Of a stretch of DNA of 64,000 bases, positions 12,993 to 25,835 are shown one piece after another. The DNA is from Eledone cirrhosa. Lineage: Eukaryota. Position 1 is the first letter of the stretch. Each line of letters begins with the position of its first letter. Below the pieces are notes generated by a model. The model did no database searches and was not told the DNA's origin. It saw nothing but the letters and a program-made list of their open reading frames with translations. The stretch is from assembly GCA_964016885.1 (NCBI GenBank), contig OZ024747.1:9610001-9674000 (forward strand), written 5' to 3'. Position numbers and translations under genes: made by a program.

Positions 12993-13363
12993 CCTTTTTG
13001 AATTCCATATGTCTAACACCTGTAGATATGCCTACAAAATCAGAAAACAGTTCAGCTCCAATAACCTTTGAAAACCATTTTTCTCGCTCAGAGTTTCTGA
13101 AGCATGGAGCAAACTACCTGCATCGGTTGTTAGCTGTCAGAACACTGCATCCTTCAAAACTTCCATGCTTCCTGAAATTCACCTACATTACACCTGATAT
13201 TCCCTCTGCATACACACACATGCATATATGTGTTTGTGTGTATATCATGACTCACACACTGTTCCCTTTCCCAACATTTGTACATTATTCTATGTACTGT
13301 ACATGCACTTTTGATGAGTTGTAGTGCACCTGAGTACTGTACACAATAATTTTCATTATTATT
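12993..13363 (+). mobile_element. CR1-clade LINE 3' end
   Basis: Decayed match to 35062-35372 (KIRKQ..HF..LRV.EAWSKLPASVVSC) plus 3'UTR and TTCATTATT tail. Confidence 0.82.
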
Positions 13364-13949
13364 TATAACAAATTTATAAAATGTAGTCCTAGATATAAAA
13401 ATGGCAGGATGATCAATGCTGGAAAACCTTTGATCATAGGTTGACCTGGGGTTAAACAATAATAGCAACTGAGGCAAGCCCATACCAGCATGGAAAAATA
13501 AATATAAAGTTACCACTATAAGGTCAATTTTTGACATTACACAGAGATAGGCATCAGTGGGTGACAAACTCTATTCCCAATAGCATGATGAAGAACTGAA
13601 ATGCAGTTTTGTTCAGAAATACAATGATATTGTTCAGATAGGACTATTTTGAATACTTACATCAGTATGAACTCCATTAAAGACAGACACAGCAGGTGAT
13701 GTTATTAAGCCAAGGAGGCGTCATTAAAAAAAACCTAACAACACAAAATAAAATACAAACAAATGTGTTCTACTTGTTTGTCTATATTTAAATGAAGAAA
13801 ACAATCTTTTAAACCAAAATAAATGTGAGGTTTTTCCCCATTTCATTCTCTAAGTACTTCTGTCTCTTAAAGAAATGTCTTTGATGAAGTAGAACATGAA
13901 GAAATAGTGATCTCATTATTGGTCTGCCTGAAAATGTAAATTATTATTA

Positions 13950-14238
13950 TTATTGTTGTAGATGGTGATGGTGGTGTTGGTGGTGGTGTTGTTGGTGGTG
14001 ATGGTGTTGGTGATGGCGGTGATGGTGGTGTTGGTGGGTGGTGGTGTTGGTGATGGTGTTGTTGTTAGTGTTGGTGGTGATGGTGTTGGTGATGGTGGTG
14101 TTGTTGGTGGTGTTGTTGGTGATTGTGGTGGTGGTGATGGTGGTGATGGAGGTGATGGTGGTGTTGGTGATGGTGGTGTTGTTGTTGATGGTGGTGATGG
14201 TGGTGTTGACGCTGTTGTTGGTGTTAGTGTTGGTGGTC
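13950..14238. repeat. (GGT/GTT/GAT)n cryptic trinucleotide repeat
   Basis: Direct reading. Confidence 0.9.
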
Positions 14239-14522
14239 TGGAACTTTGCCAGGATTTTCATAGTTTGGGGGTTTTTCGATTTATTTGGAATATACCTTGG
14301 AAAAAAAAAGATTTTATCCCCACCATAATTCTCCCTATTGCTCTTGGATATTTCATTAGGGATTAGTTATTTCTATGTAGTGGGGTGGGGGCCTGTTATA
14401 TGGTGCTAGTTGGGAGTTATTGGTAAAAGCAAGAATTTTCTTGTGACCCAGTTAAAAATAGCCAATCAGAATCTCTTACATTGCTACTTCTTTGGTGCTC
14501 AAAGTGTTTTAATATTTTTACT

Positions 14523-15439
14523 TTAACCCTTTCAGTACCATATTTCTAATGAAAGACACTGTCTATGCTATTAACCCTTTCAGTACCATATTTCTAATGA
14601 AAGACACTGTCTTCGTCATTAACCCTTTCAGTACCATACCTCTAATGAAAGACACTGTCTATGTCATTAACCCTTTCATTACCATATTTCTAATGAAAGA
14701 CACTGTCTATGCTATTAACCCTTTCATTACCATATTTCTAATGAAAGACACTGTCTATGTCATTAACCCTTTCATTACCATATTTCTAATGAAAGACACT
14801 GTCTATGTCATTAACCCTTTCATTACCATATTTCTAATGAAAGACACTGTCTATGTCATTAACCCTTTCATTACCATATTTCTAATGAAAGACACTGTCT
14901 ATGTCATTAACCCTTTCATTACCATATTTCTAATGAAAGACACTGTCTATGCTATTAACCCTTTCATTACCATATTTCTAATGAAAGACACTGTCTATGT
15001 CATTAACCCTTTCATTACCATATTTCTAATGAAAGACACTGTCTATGCTATTAACCCTTTCATTACCATATTTCTAATGAAAGACACTGTCTATGTCATT
15101 AACCCTTTCATTATCATATTTCTAATGAAAGACACTGTCTATGTCATTAACCCTTTCATTACCATATTTCTAATGAAAGACACTGTCTATGTCATAATAA
15201 TAATAATGAAATATTGTGTACAGTGCTCAGGTGCACTACAACTCATCAATTTCTAATGAAAGACACTGTCTTCGTCATTAATCCTTTCAGTACCATACCT
15301 CTAATGAAAGACGCTGTCTCTGTCATTAACCCTTTCATTACCATATTTCTAATGAAAGACACTGTCTATGTCATTAACCCTTTCATTACCATATTTCTAA
15401 TGAAAGACACTATCTATGTCATTAACCCTTTCATTACCA
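14523..15439. repeat. 48-bp minisatellite (~18 units) built on a piggyBac-MITE-like terminus, interrupted by a CR1 3' tail at ~15194-15248
   Basis: Unit TTAACCCTTTCATTACCATATTTCTAATGAAAGACACTGTCTATGTCA. The ORF track shows a 16-aa period. Confidence 0.92.
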
Positions 15440-15714
15440 AAATTTGGAGGAAAATTTCTCATAATTAAGCCAGTGTTTTGATCTTACAATTATGATGGAA
15501 GGTTTTTAGTTCAATATAACACTAAAAAATAAACACACACACACACACCCACACATATACTTATATATAATGATATATGAGATTACAGTATAGTACTTCA
15601 CTATTTTCAATGGTAAGATGAGATAAGCTTGATGCACTTTCCCCTCATTTGTTCTTCAGGTGCAAAACTAGTTATAAGTCAGTCTCAGATTCACATATAC
15701 ATACACATACACAT

Positions 15715-15749
<35 letters not shown>

Positions 15750-16227
15750 AAGCAGGGAAAAGCGGACGTAAAATGATGATGATATATATATAAGGTAAAC
15801 AGATATGAGACTGGCTTATGATTAGTAATCACATAGTCATAAGTTCAAGCCTTATTACTACTACTACTACTACTACTGTTATACAGCACTGAGATGAAGA
15901 GAGAGAGAGTGAATGATGTAGCTGCTATTTCTAGCAGGTCAAGTAAAGACCATATAACTGCACCATCTTTGATTTGTCTATGGACTGGTAGAGTATATAG
16001 AAGACTTAGCAGACAACCTACATCAGTAAAGAATTATAAATAGCTAAGTTTTAAACAACAACAACAACAACACCTTCGCCAAAGACTAACCAAAAAGAAG
16101 TCCCCCTCCCCACCATTTTCTGTATCTTGGTATTGAGTAATGGATGTTTATAATTTCACTCCACTTTCCTCTTTCCAGACATTTTAAATTTTATTTATCT
16201 ACCATTACATCCATGAATGTTTGAGAG

Positions 16228-16375
16228 CATATGTGTGGGTGTATGTGTGGGTGTATGTGTGTGTATGTATGTGTATGTATGTGTATGTATGTGTGTATGT
16301 GTATGTATAAATATATATATATATGTGTGTGTGTGTATATATATAAAAATATATATATGTGTGTGTATAAATATA

Positions 16376-16406
<31 letters not shown>

Positions 16407-16549
16407 GTGTGGGTGTATGTGTGGGTGTATGTGTGTGTATGTATGTGTATGTATGTGTATGTATGTGTGTATGTGTATGTATAAATATATATATATATGT
16501 GTGTGTGTGTGTATATATAAAAATATATATGTGTGTGTGTATAAATATA

Positions 16550-16616
<67 letters not shown>

Positions 16617-16630
16617 GTGCGTGTATATAT
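16228..16630. repeat. Compound TG/TA microsatellite containing a ~178-bp tandem duplication
   Basis: ATGTGTGGGTGTATGTGTGGGTG...ATAAAAATAT occurs twice. Confidence 0.85.
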
Positions 16631-16631
16631 A

Positions 16632-16974
16632 TCATCATCATCATCATTTCATTTTACGTCCGCTTTTTCCCTGCTTGCAAGGGTGGGACGGGAACTGATT
16701 CTGGCTTGATTTCTACAGCTGGATGCCCTTCCTAACACCAACCTCATTTACAGTGAGTGCTGGGTGCTTTTTTGCCGTGGCACCTCCACGACCACTTTGC
16801 AGTGGAATGATATGGACCCCAGTCCTATCATCTCATTTCTGCAGCTGAGTAAACTGGAGCAATGTGAAATAAAGTGTCTTGCTCAAGGAAACAACACATC
16901 ACCTGGTCTGAGAATTGAACTCACAATCTTTCGATTGCAAGGCCAATGCTCTAACCACTAAGCCATGTGCCTCC
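16632..16974 (-). mobile_element. Full-length tRNA/CORE SINE with RTE-derived tail (type A)
   Basis: Reverse complement starts GGAGGCACATGGCTTAGTGGTTAGAGC (A box), then GAGTTCAATTC (B box), CCTTGAGCAAGACACTT, an RTE 3'UTR-like tail and (GAT)n. Confidence 0.9.
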
Positions 16975-16996
16975 ATAATATATATTATAAAGTATT

Positions 16997-17185
16997 GGGA
17001 CCCGACAGCTGAGCTTTTGCCATTTCAACAGCTAGTTCCAGGCAGTCTGGAACTAGCTGTTAAAACAGCAAGAGCTCAGCTGTTGGGTCCCGACTCTCTA
17101 CAATATAACCATACTCTACTACCACAAGTATCGAGTACTCTGGTGAGTAATGGTCGAACCAGTTTTAAACTGGTTCTATCCTGAT
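16997..17185 (+). mobile_element. Penelope-like fold-back element
   Basis: Imperfect palindrome 16997-17091, same family as 40215-40331. Tail CTCTACTACCACAAGTATCGAGTAC. Confidence 0.65.
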
Positions 17186-17374
17186 ATATAATTATTAAGG
17201 CCAGTTACTGCAATGGAACCATATGAGTTATATATGTTTTGTTAGGGCTGAGGACCAGCTTGTTCAACCTCTGCCGATGAACCAGAAAATCTCTACTACT
17301 CAAAAAGGACAATACTGAATAATAGAGAGAGAGAGAAGAGCCCCAAATCAAGGGCAGATAACTGTATGTGTTTG

Positions 17375-18725
17375 TAAACCAACTCATATAACACTGTGTA
17401 TATCTATGTGTGTGTGTATATGTGTAAACCATCTCATATAACACTGTGTGTGTGTATATATATGTAAACCATCTCATTTCATAAACACTGTGTATGTATG
17501 TGTGTGTGTGTGTATATGTAAACCATCTCATTTCATATAACACTGTGTATGTGTGTGTGTGTGTATGTAAACCATCTCATTTCATATAACACTGTGTATG
17601 TGTGTGTGTGTATATGTAAACCATCTCATTTCATATAACAGTGTATATATGTGTGTATGTTTATGTGTAAACCATCTCATTTCATAAACACTGTGTATGT
17701 GTGTGTGTGTGTGTATATGTAAACCATCTCATTTCATATAACACTGTGTATGTGTGTGTGTGTGTATGTAAACCATCTCATTTCATATAACACTGTGTAT
17801 GTGTGTGTGTGTATATGTAAACCATCTCATTTCATATAACAGTGTATATATGTGTGTGTATGTTTATGTGTAAACCATCTCATTTCATAAACACTGTGTA
17901 TGTGTGTGTGTGTGTGTATATGTAAACCATCTCATTTCATATAACACTGTGTATGTGTGTGTGTGTGTGTGTATATGTAAACCATCTCATTTCATATAAC
18001 ACTGTGTATGTGTGTGTGTGTGTGTGTATATGTAAACCATCTCATTTCATATAACACTGTGTATGTGTGTGTGTGTGTATATGTAAACCATCTCATTTCA
18101 TAAACACTGTGTATGTGTGTGTGTGTATATGTAAACCATCTCATTTCATATAACACTGTGTATGTGTGTGTATATGTAAGCCATCTCATTTCATATAACA
18201 CTGTGTATGTGTGTGTGTGTGTATATGTAAACCATCTCATTTCATAAACACTGTGTATGTATGTGTGTGTGTATATGTAAACCATCTCATTTCATATAAC
18301 ACTGTGTATGTGTGTGTGTGTATATGTAAACCATCTCATTTCATATAACACTGTGTATGTGTGTGTGTGTGTATATGTAAACCATCTCATTTCATAAACA
18401 CTGTGTATGTATGTGTGTGTGTATATGTAAACCATCTCATTTCATATAACACTGTGTATGTGTGTGTGTGTATATGTAAACCATCTCATTTCATATAACA
18501 GTGTATATATGTGTGTGTATGTTTATGTGTAAACCATCTCATCTCATATAATGCTGTGTATGCATTTATGTGTGTGTATGTGTAAACCATATCTCATATA
18601 ACACTGTATATGTGTGTGTGTGTGTATGCATAAACCATCTCATCTCATATAACACTGTATGTGTGTGTGTAAACCATCTCATATAACACTGTATGTGTGT
18701 GTAAACCATCTCATATAACACTGTA
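17375..18725. repeat. Variable ~45-55 bp minisatellite GTAAACCATCTCATTTCATATAACACT + (GT)n
   Basis: Direct reading. Unit length varies with the embedded GT tract. Confidence 0.92.
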
Positions 18726-18729
18726 TATG

Positions 18730-19885
18730 TATGTATACATATATTATGTATGTATGCATGTATGTGTATATGTATGTGTATATACATGTATTTATGTATG
18801 CATGTATGTGTATATGTATGTATCTGTATGTATATATACATATATTTATGTATGTATTATGTATGTGTATGTGTATATACATATATGTATGTATGTATGT
18901 GTATATGTATGTATATGTATGTATATATACATATATGTATGTATGTATGTGTATATGTATGTATATGTATGTATATATACATATATGTATGTATATATGT
19001 ATGTGTATATGTATGTATGTATATGTATGTATATATACATATATATATGTATGTATGTGTATATGTATGTATCTGTATGTATACATACATATATGTATGT
19101 ATGTGTATATGTATGTATATATACATATATGTATGTATGTGTATATGTATGTATATGTATGTATACATACATATATGTATGTATGTATGTATGTATGTGT
19201 CTATGTATGTATATGTATGTATACATACATATATCTATGTATGTGTCTATGTATGTATATGTATGTATACATACATGTATGTATGTATGTGTATATGTAT
19301 GTATATGTATGTATATATACATATATGTATGTATGTATGTGTATATGTATGTATATGTATGTGTACATACATATATGTATGTGTCTATGTATGTATATGT
19401 ATGTGTACATACATATATGTATGTGTCTATGTATGTATATGTATGTATATATACATATATGTATGTATGTATGTGTCTATGTATGTATATGTATGTGTAC
19501 ATACATATATGTATGTATGTGTCTATGTATGTATATGTATGTATACATACATATATGTATGTATTTGTATATGTATGTATATGTATGTATATATACATAT
19601 ATGTATGTATGTATGTATATGTATGTATATGTATGTATATATACATATATGTATGTATGTATATGTATGTAAACATACATATATGTATGTATTTGTACAT
19701 GTATGTATATGTATGTATATATACATATATGTATGTATGTATATGTATGTATACATACATATATGTATGTATGTGTATATGTATGTATATGTATGTATAT
19801 ATACATGTATGTATGTATGTATGTATGTATGTATGTATGTATGTATGTATGTATGTATGTATGTATGTATGTATGTATGTATGTA
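18730..19885. repeat. Compound (ATGT)n/(AT)n microsatellite
   Basis: Direct reading. Confidence 0.95.
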
Positions 19886-20199
19886 TTTTCCAGCCAACTG
19901 CAGAGAGATTACATCAGACCTGAATTATAGACTTTCATATTAGATAAAAAAGAGAAATAGTCCACCTGGTGTGGAGTTTATAGGAACTGGTTATATAGGA
20001 TTACCACCAGCAGTAGCATCATCATCAACATCATTATCAGCATCACCTGCACCAGTAGCATCTTCATCATCATCTTCATCATCAGTAGCATCATCAACAT
20101 CATTATCATCAGTAGCATCATCATGATCAGTAACATCATCATCATCTTCAGCATCATCATCAGCGGCATCATCCTTTTACACCCACTTTTCCATTTCCA

Positions 20200-20480
20200 G
20201 TGAAGGTGTGTGGCCTAGTGGTTAGGGTGTTGTACTTACAATCCTAATGTAGTAGGTTTCATTCCTGGATCAGGGTTGTGTGTTGTGCTCTTGATCAAAA
20301 CACTTCATGACATGTTGCTCCAGTATATTCAGCTGAAAATGAGTACCAGCAATAGCTGGGAATTAACCCTGAAATGGACTGGTGTCCTGTCCAGGAGGAA
20401 GTCTTGTACTGTCACTTAACACTGGTGGAACCAGAATGAACAATCAGCCTGATGAATGTTTAGGCTTGGGACAGACATTA
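20200..20480 (+). mobile_element. tRNA/CORE SINE (tail type C), diverged
   Basis: GTGGCCTAGTGGTTAGGGTG head and ATGGACTGGTGTCCTGTCCAGG tail. Paralogues at 24557-24855 and 25025-25230. Confidence 0.75.
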
Positions 20481-20579
20481 ACTCCACAGTCAGTTGGTGT
20501 CCTGAGGGGAAGTCTTGCACTGTCAGAATTAGCACCAGTTTGATGAACCTCTGGGTTTGAGACAAACTTTAACCCTGCA

Positions 20580-20880
20580 GTAATAATAGGGGTACCGATT
20601 GTGGTTGGTGCACTGGGAGGGGTTAGTAGAAGGTTAGATGCATGGCTTGAGAAGCTAGGAATTACCACCAGGACAGGATTGTTGCAGAAGACAGCCTTGC
20701 TAGCAACAGAAAGGATTCTAAGGAAGGTGTTGGGAAGTTGAGGGAGAAGGAATGACCCAAAGGACCTTTAGCTATTGGTTATGGCTTGTTCTTTGGTATA
20801 GTGTCGGTATGACAACTGCTAGAGCAAAAGTGTTACGAGTAATAATAATAATAATGATAATTATATTGATAATTTGATGA
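20580..20880 (+). mobile_element. R4/Dong-clade non-LTR retrotransposon 3' end
   Basis: 20580-20741 translates to VIIGVPIVVGALGGVSRRLDAWLEKLGITTRTGLLQKTALLATERILRKVLGS*, the C-terminus after the restriction-like endonuclease. Ends in (TAA)n. Confidence 0.82.
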
Positions 20881-21430
20881 TCAATTTAAAGAATAAACAA
20901 GGTCAAGGTTGTTGGTAACATTTGTTTGGTTGGTGGTGGTGAGAAGACAATGGGAAACATGGAACAGAAAACATATTCCAAAGCTAAATCAGTTTAGTTA
21001 AATGACCTCACTTCTAAACATCTATATTTCATCTCTCACACTTCTCCAACAAACAATATTGAAAACATCAAAAACTGTCAATAGTTATTGAATTTTAGAT
21101 CCTATGTCTTCAGTAAGGCTTATTTGATTAGTTTTAAATCAACAAAAAAGTTTAACTAAATATAACTAGCTAGGTGGATGGTGTACAGGATAAACAACAT
21201 ATAAGCTGGCTGTTTCTAACCTGTCACTAACTAGTATTGTGTTGTGTCTAGTTAATACAGTTAACTGTATTGTGTTGTGTCTCCTGACCCTTTGTTTGGA
21301 AAGCCCTCCACACTGGTAGGTCAGGTCACAATGATTGTTGCAGGTGAGGTCTTCTTCTGCATCACATAGTACCAGGCCTCATTGTCTTTCACCATTTCTT
21401 TTGTGAGGTTCAGTGTTTTAAAGTCAGTCT

Positions 21431-21812
21431 AGTGGTTAGAGCATTGGCCTTGCAATCAAAAGGTTGTGAGTTCAATTCTCAGACCAGGTGATGCGTTGTT
21501 TCCTTGAGCAAGACACTTTATTTCACATTGCTCCAGTTTACTCAGCTGTAGAAATGAGATGATAGGGACTGGGGTCCCTATCATTCCACTGCAAAGTGGT
21601 TGTGGAGATGCCACGGCAAAAAAGCACCCAGCCCACACTGTAAAGTGGACGTGTAGGCGCCATGGAAAAAGGCACCCAGCACTCACTGTAAATGAGGTTG
21701 GTGTTAGGAAGGGCATCCAGCTGTAGAAATCGAGCCGGAATCAGTTCCCGTCCCACCCTTGCAAGCAGGAAAAGCGGACGTAAAATGATGATGATGATGA
21801 TAATGATGATGA
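21431..21812 (+). mobile_element. tRNA/CORE SINE with RTE tail (type A), slightly 5'-clipped
   Basis: Matches 32203-32540. Confidence 0.88.
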
Positions 21813-21861
21813 TATATATATATTTATGCATACACATGAATACATACATTCATATATATAT

Positions 21862-22238
21862 ATGACACACGACCGCGACCTCTGGCGTCACGCAGTAATA
21901 CAGAAGACCTGACCCCCCACGGGTACAAGCCGAAGCTGAAGCATATAGACAATATGCTCTCACACCCACCAACTGCAAAGTGGTCGTGGAGGTGCCACAG
22001 CAAAAAAGCATCCAGCCCACACTGTAAAGTGGACGTGTAGGTGCCACAGAAAAAAAAGGCACCCAGCACTCACTGTAAATGAGGTTGGTGTTAGGAAGGG
22101 CATCCAGCTGTAGAAATCAAGCTAGAATCAGTTCCCATATGAGCAAGACAAGGTCAGCCGACCGGACACTTCCCACAACAGGACAACCTGTCTAACCCAT
22201 GCTAGCGTGGAAGACTGGACATAAAACGGTGATGATGA
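21862..22238 (+). mobile_element. RTE LINE extreme 3' end and 3'UTR
   Basis: ATGACACACGACCGCGACCTCTGGCGTCACGCAGTAATACAG (MTHDRDLWRHAVIQ), followed by the same 3'UTR as 8701-9070. Confidence 0.85.
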
Positions 22239-22499
22239 TTATATATGTGTGTGTGTGGTTTATATACACTCTCACCTATTTTTTTGCTTGTTTCTGGTGT
22301 GTATATTTATGTCAGTCCATGTATACATCTGCAATTGTATATACATATTTTAATTATAGAAAAATCTACAAAACAATCATGCAGGTGTGTTAGATGTGTC
22401 AGGTGTGCATGTGTGTTTTTCTTTCTCTCTCATTTGTGTGTATGCATGCGTGTGTATGTGTGTGTGTGCAGCTGTGCACACATACATAAATATCTGGAG

Positions 22500-22541
<42 letters not shown>

Positions 22542-22545
<4 letters not shown>

Positions 22546-22748
22546 GGAGGTGAGTTTTATTGTAGCAACAATAAAGCAATGCAAACATATGTTGATTTAA
22601 AACTTCCCTGCTCACAAGTGTTTTTTAAACTTCATATCATGTTTCCCTATTTTATCTGATGAGAACGCAAATATCATCCCATGATGATATTTGTTTTTGA
22701 AATGTGCATAATAAAATACTTGGAACTCTTTTAACCATCTTTTGATCT

Positions 22749-22750
<2 letters not shown>
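22542..22750 (+). mobile_element. Probable Penelope-like terminal repeat in (TA)n
   Basis: The 5' part GTAGGAGGTGAGTTTTATTGTAGCA recurs at 52029. Contains a hammerhead motif. Confidence 0.55.
22648..22718 (+). ncRNA. Minimal type I hammerhead ribozyme
   Basis: Stem I TATTTTAT/ATAAAATA (8 bp); CTGATGA at 22656-22662; 16-bp stem II with one mismatch; GAAA at 22699-22702; stem III T-GTGC-A; AUA cleavage triplet. Confidence 0.78.
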
Positions 22751-22809
<59 letters not shown>

Positions 22810-23595
22810 AGATATGTGTATGTGTGAGAGTGTGTGTATGTGTGTAATGTGTGTATGTATGTGTCTGTCAAGTGTATAAATATGTTTGTATGGCAGGTTG
22901 TGTCAGTGAAGGTATATAGCATACAACATAAAAAATAAAAACACACAAAGAAAACAAAACAAAGAAGATAAAAAAGATCTGCAAAGGAAAGTTAAGTTAT
23001 TATTACACAGGGAGACATGGGGGGGGGGGGTAGATTGTAAAGAAGCAACTTCACAAGAGAGAAGAACCAGAATGGAATCCTACATTGTGATGATAGACAA
23101 TATTGAGTAGGGTTTGGTGAAGGGCTGCTGTCTTCAACATTATGGTAAACAAGGCACAGTTCTTCAAGTCTTTAAGTAGCATGTTGCTGTTGTATTCTTG
23201 AAATGTAATGGGATACACTTAGTTTAGTTTGATGTTGTTGTTGCTGGTGGTGTTGTTGTTGTTGTTGTTGCTGCTGGTGTTGTTGTTTATGTTGTTGTTG
23301 CTGGTGGTGGTGTTGTTGTTGTTGCTGGTGGTGGTGTTGTTGTTCATGTTACTATTGTTGTTATATTAGAAAGAATACTTCTTCTTTTTCTTCTTTATAT
23401 CTTACAATTTCTGTTGTTATCCTCGTATGGATGAAAGGCAACGCCGAGCTTAGCTTTGCCTTTCATCAGGTTTTTACAGGGTCTAATAAAATAAAGTACC
23501 AGTAATACATTGAGGTCGATGTGATCAATTTTCCCTCTTCCCCAAAAATTGTTGGCCTTGTGCTTAAATCAGAAACTATTAGTATTATTATTATT

Positions 23596-23792
23596 GGGTT
23601 GGCAGTATCGGAAGAGGGTTGGACGCCATGCTTTGCAGCACAGAGTTACGGCCCTTTATGGTCTGAGTTCAAATCCCGCCAAGGTTAACTTTGCCTTTCA
23701 TCCTTACGGGGGTCGATAAAATAAAGTACCAGTAATGCACTGGGTTAATTGCTGGCCTTGAGCCTAAAGTAGAAACAATTATTATTATTATT
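23596..23792 (+). mobile_element. Meta-domain-like tRNA SINE (a partial copy precedes it at ~23440-23580)
   Basis: TTGGCAGTATCGG A box, GAGTTCAAATCC B box, family core, and GTAGAAACAATTATT tail. Confidence 0.87.
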
Positions 23793-23961
23793 CCTGCAGT
23801 TTTCTCTTCAGTAATGTCCCCTATCTTTTACTTGATATAAACCCCACTTTGTGTTGTAGGGGATCTTGGCCCCTTGTGGCCACTAAATGAGATCATCATC
23901 ATCATTCCTTCATTTACACAGTAATGATCTTATTAACACTGGGGATCCTTTAATTGACTCC

Positions 23962-24043
23962 CTACCAAGTTATGTAACCGTAGATAGACAGTAATTTCTG
24001 CAGGATATTTGCTGTTCCTAAAACTGTTGTTTTTTGCAATATC
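23962..24043 (-). mobile_element. R4/Dong-clade 3' remnant
   Basis: Minus frame ILQKTTVLGTANILQKLLSIYGYITW* matches the LQK..LLGTA.ILRKVL motif. Confidence 0.6.
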
Positions 24044-24328
24044 GTATTATTATCATTCTTCTTCTTCTTATTGAAATACTTGTTGGTTGTTATTGTTGTT
24101 GTCATTGTCCCCCTCCCTTCCTCGTGCAATCTGTAGCCTTGTGCTGAAATTAGAAATCCTTGTTGTCACTATTAATAATAGATTCAAATAGTGGGAGGCC
24201 TGTTGGCAGGATCAGCAAACTATTTATCTAAATAACTTTAGCAGTACATTTTTATATTGTTTTATATTCCTGAGTTCAAATCCCAACAAAGTCAACTTTA
24301 CCTTTCATCCTGTTTTAGTTTGATAAAA

Positions 24329-24521
24329 TAATTGTTTCTACTTTTGGCACAAGGCCAGCAACAATTACCCAGTGCATTACTGGTACTTTATTTTATCGAC
24401 CCCGTAAGGATGAAAGGCAAAGTCAACCTCGACGGGATTTGAACTCAGATCATAAAGGGACGTAACTATGCTGGAAAGCATGGCGTCCGACTCTCTACCG
24501 ATACTGCCAACCCACCGCCCT
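24329..24521 (-). mobile_element. Meta-domain-like tRNA SINE, full length
   Basis: Family consensus from GGGCGGTGGGTTGGCAG to GTAGAAACAATTAT. Confidence 0.9.
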
Positions 24522-24556
24522 TAATTTGATAAAATAATAGTCGAATACTAGGTTGG

Positions 24557-24855
24557 GGGAGGTGCATGACCCAGTGGTAAGGGTGTTGAGCTTATGATTA
24601 TAATGTCATGGGGTCAATTCTGGGATGAGGTTGTGTGTGTTGTGTTCTTCAGCAAAACACTTCATTTCACATTGCTCCAGTATACTCAGCTAGAAATAAG
24701 TACCAGCAGCGGCAATGGACTGGTGTCCTGTCCAGGAGGAAGTCTTGTACTCTCAGTTGTTTAACACTGATGAAACCAGGATAAATCCCAGCCTGATGAA
24801 CCTGCAGGCTTGGGACAGGCATTAACCCTGTGATGTACTGGTGTCCTGTCTGGGG
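24557..24855 (+). mobile_element. tRNA/CORE SINE (tail type C)
   Basis: Paralogue of 20200-20480. Confidence 0.75.
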
Positions 24856-25024
24856 CTAATATCTGTGAGGTTGAGGTTAGGAAAGAGGAAGTCTAAATGG
24901 TACAATAATACAATCTCCCTTCTCTTCTCATGAGAACCTGAGAAGTAAGGGAATACCACCATCTACATAATTCCCTCCATTCCTATTTCCATAGTTTCTA
25001 AGTGTGTTCTAAGCTGAATGCTCA

Positions 25025-25230
25025 TTCAACTGATGCTTATCCACAGTTTCCTTTGCTTTAAGCAACTGAGAGTACACAACTCCCCCTGGACAGGCTGCTT
25101 GTCTATCTCAGGATTAACTCCTCAGCCACTGCTGGTACTCACTCTCAGTTGAATGTACTGAAGCAACATGAAATAAAGTGTCTTGTTCAAGAACACAACA
25201 CAGCAGCCTGTCCAGGAATCGAACCAATGA
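25025..25230 (-). mobile_element. tRNA/CORE SINE (tail type C), diverged
   Basis: GAAATAAAGTGTCTTGTTCAAG and CCCCTGGACAGG on the + strand. Confidence 0.65.
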
Positions 25231-25500
25231 CTGTCTTCTGAGTCATTTTTGCCCATCGCTGTCTTTGACAGCATTTAGCTGTTATAACAGTTATTCCAGC
25301 GATGAATTCTCTCATTTTTCAATGTATTATTATTATTATTATTATTATCTTCCAGCTGAAACATTAAGATATTGCAACTGAGAGGTGTAAACTGTTTCAA
25401 CTGAATAAATGTGAAAATAAGAGATAAACCTTTCCACAGATAGTTTGACTACCTTGGCTAACTTTCATTGACTATCTCTGCTGTTTATTATATTTACCAA

Positions 25501-25835
25501 AGGGAGGTGGATTGGTAGTAATCGGTAGAGTGTCAGTCACCATGACATAGAGTTATGGCCCATTACAGTCTCATTTCAAATCCCGTCGAGGTTAACTTTT
25601 TCTTTCATCCTTACGGGGTTGATAAAATAAAGTACCAGTATTCCACTGGGGTTGATTTAATTGACTTTACACTCTTCCAAAATTGTTGGCCTTGTGTCTA
25701 AATCAGAAACCACCTGAGTTCAAATCCCACCGAGGTTGGCTTTGCCTTTCATCCTTACGGGGTCAATAAAATAAAGTACCAGTAATACACTGGTATAATT
25801 GCTGGCCTTGTGCCAAAATGTAGAAACCACTATTA
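25501..25835 (+). mobile_element. Two tandem Meta-domain-like SINE copies
   Basis: The family core occurs at ~25575 and ~25715. Confidence 0.85.

Noticed and set aside
14549-15256. Repeat-protein ORF (MKDTVYVINPFITIFL)n
   Set aside because: A 48-bp minisatellite with a period divisible by three, no synonymous-site bias, and interrupted by a LINE tail.
17375-18725. CRISPR-like constant repeat with variable spacers
   Set aside because: The spacers are only (GT)n length variants rather than unique sequences, the context is eukaryotic, and no cas genes are present.
24760-24820. GAAAC...CTGATGA as a type II hammerhead (also ~20449)
   Set aside because: No stems I-III can be paired. It is part of the SINE tail C.
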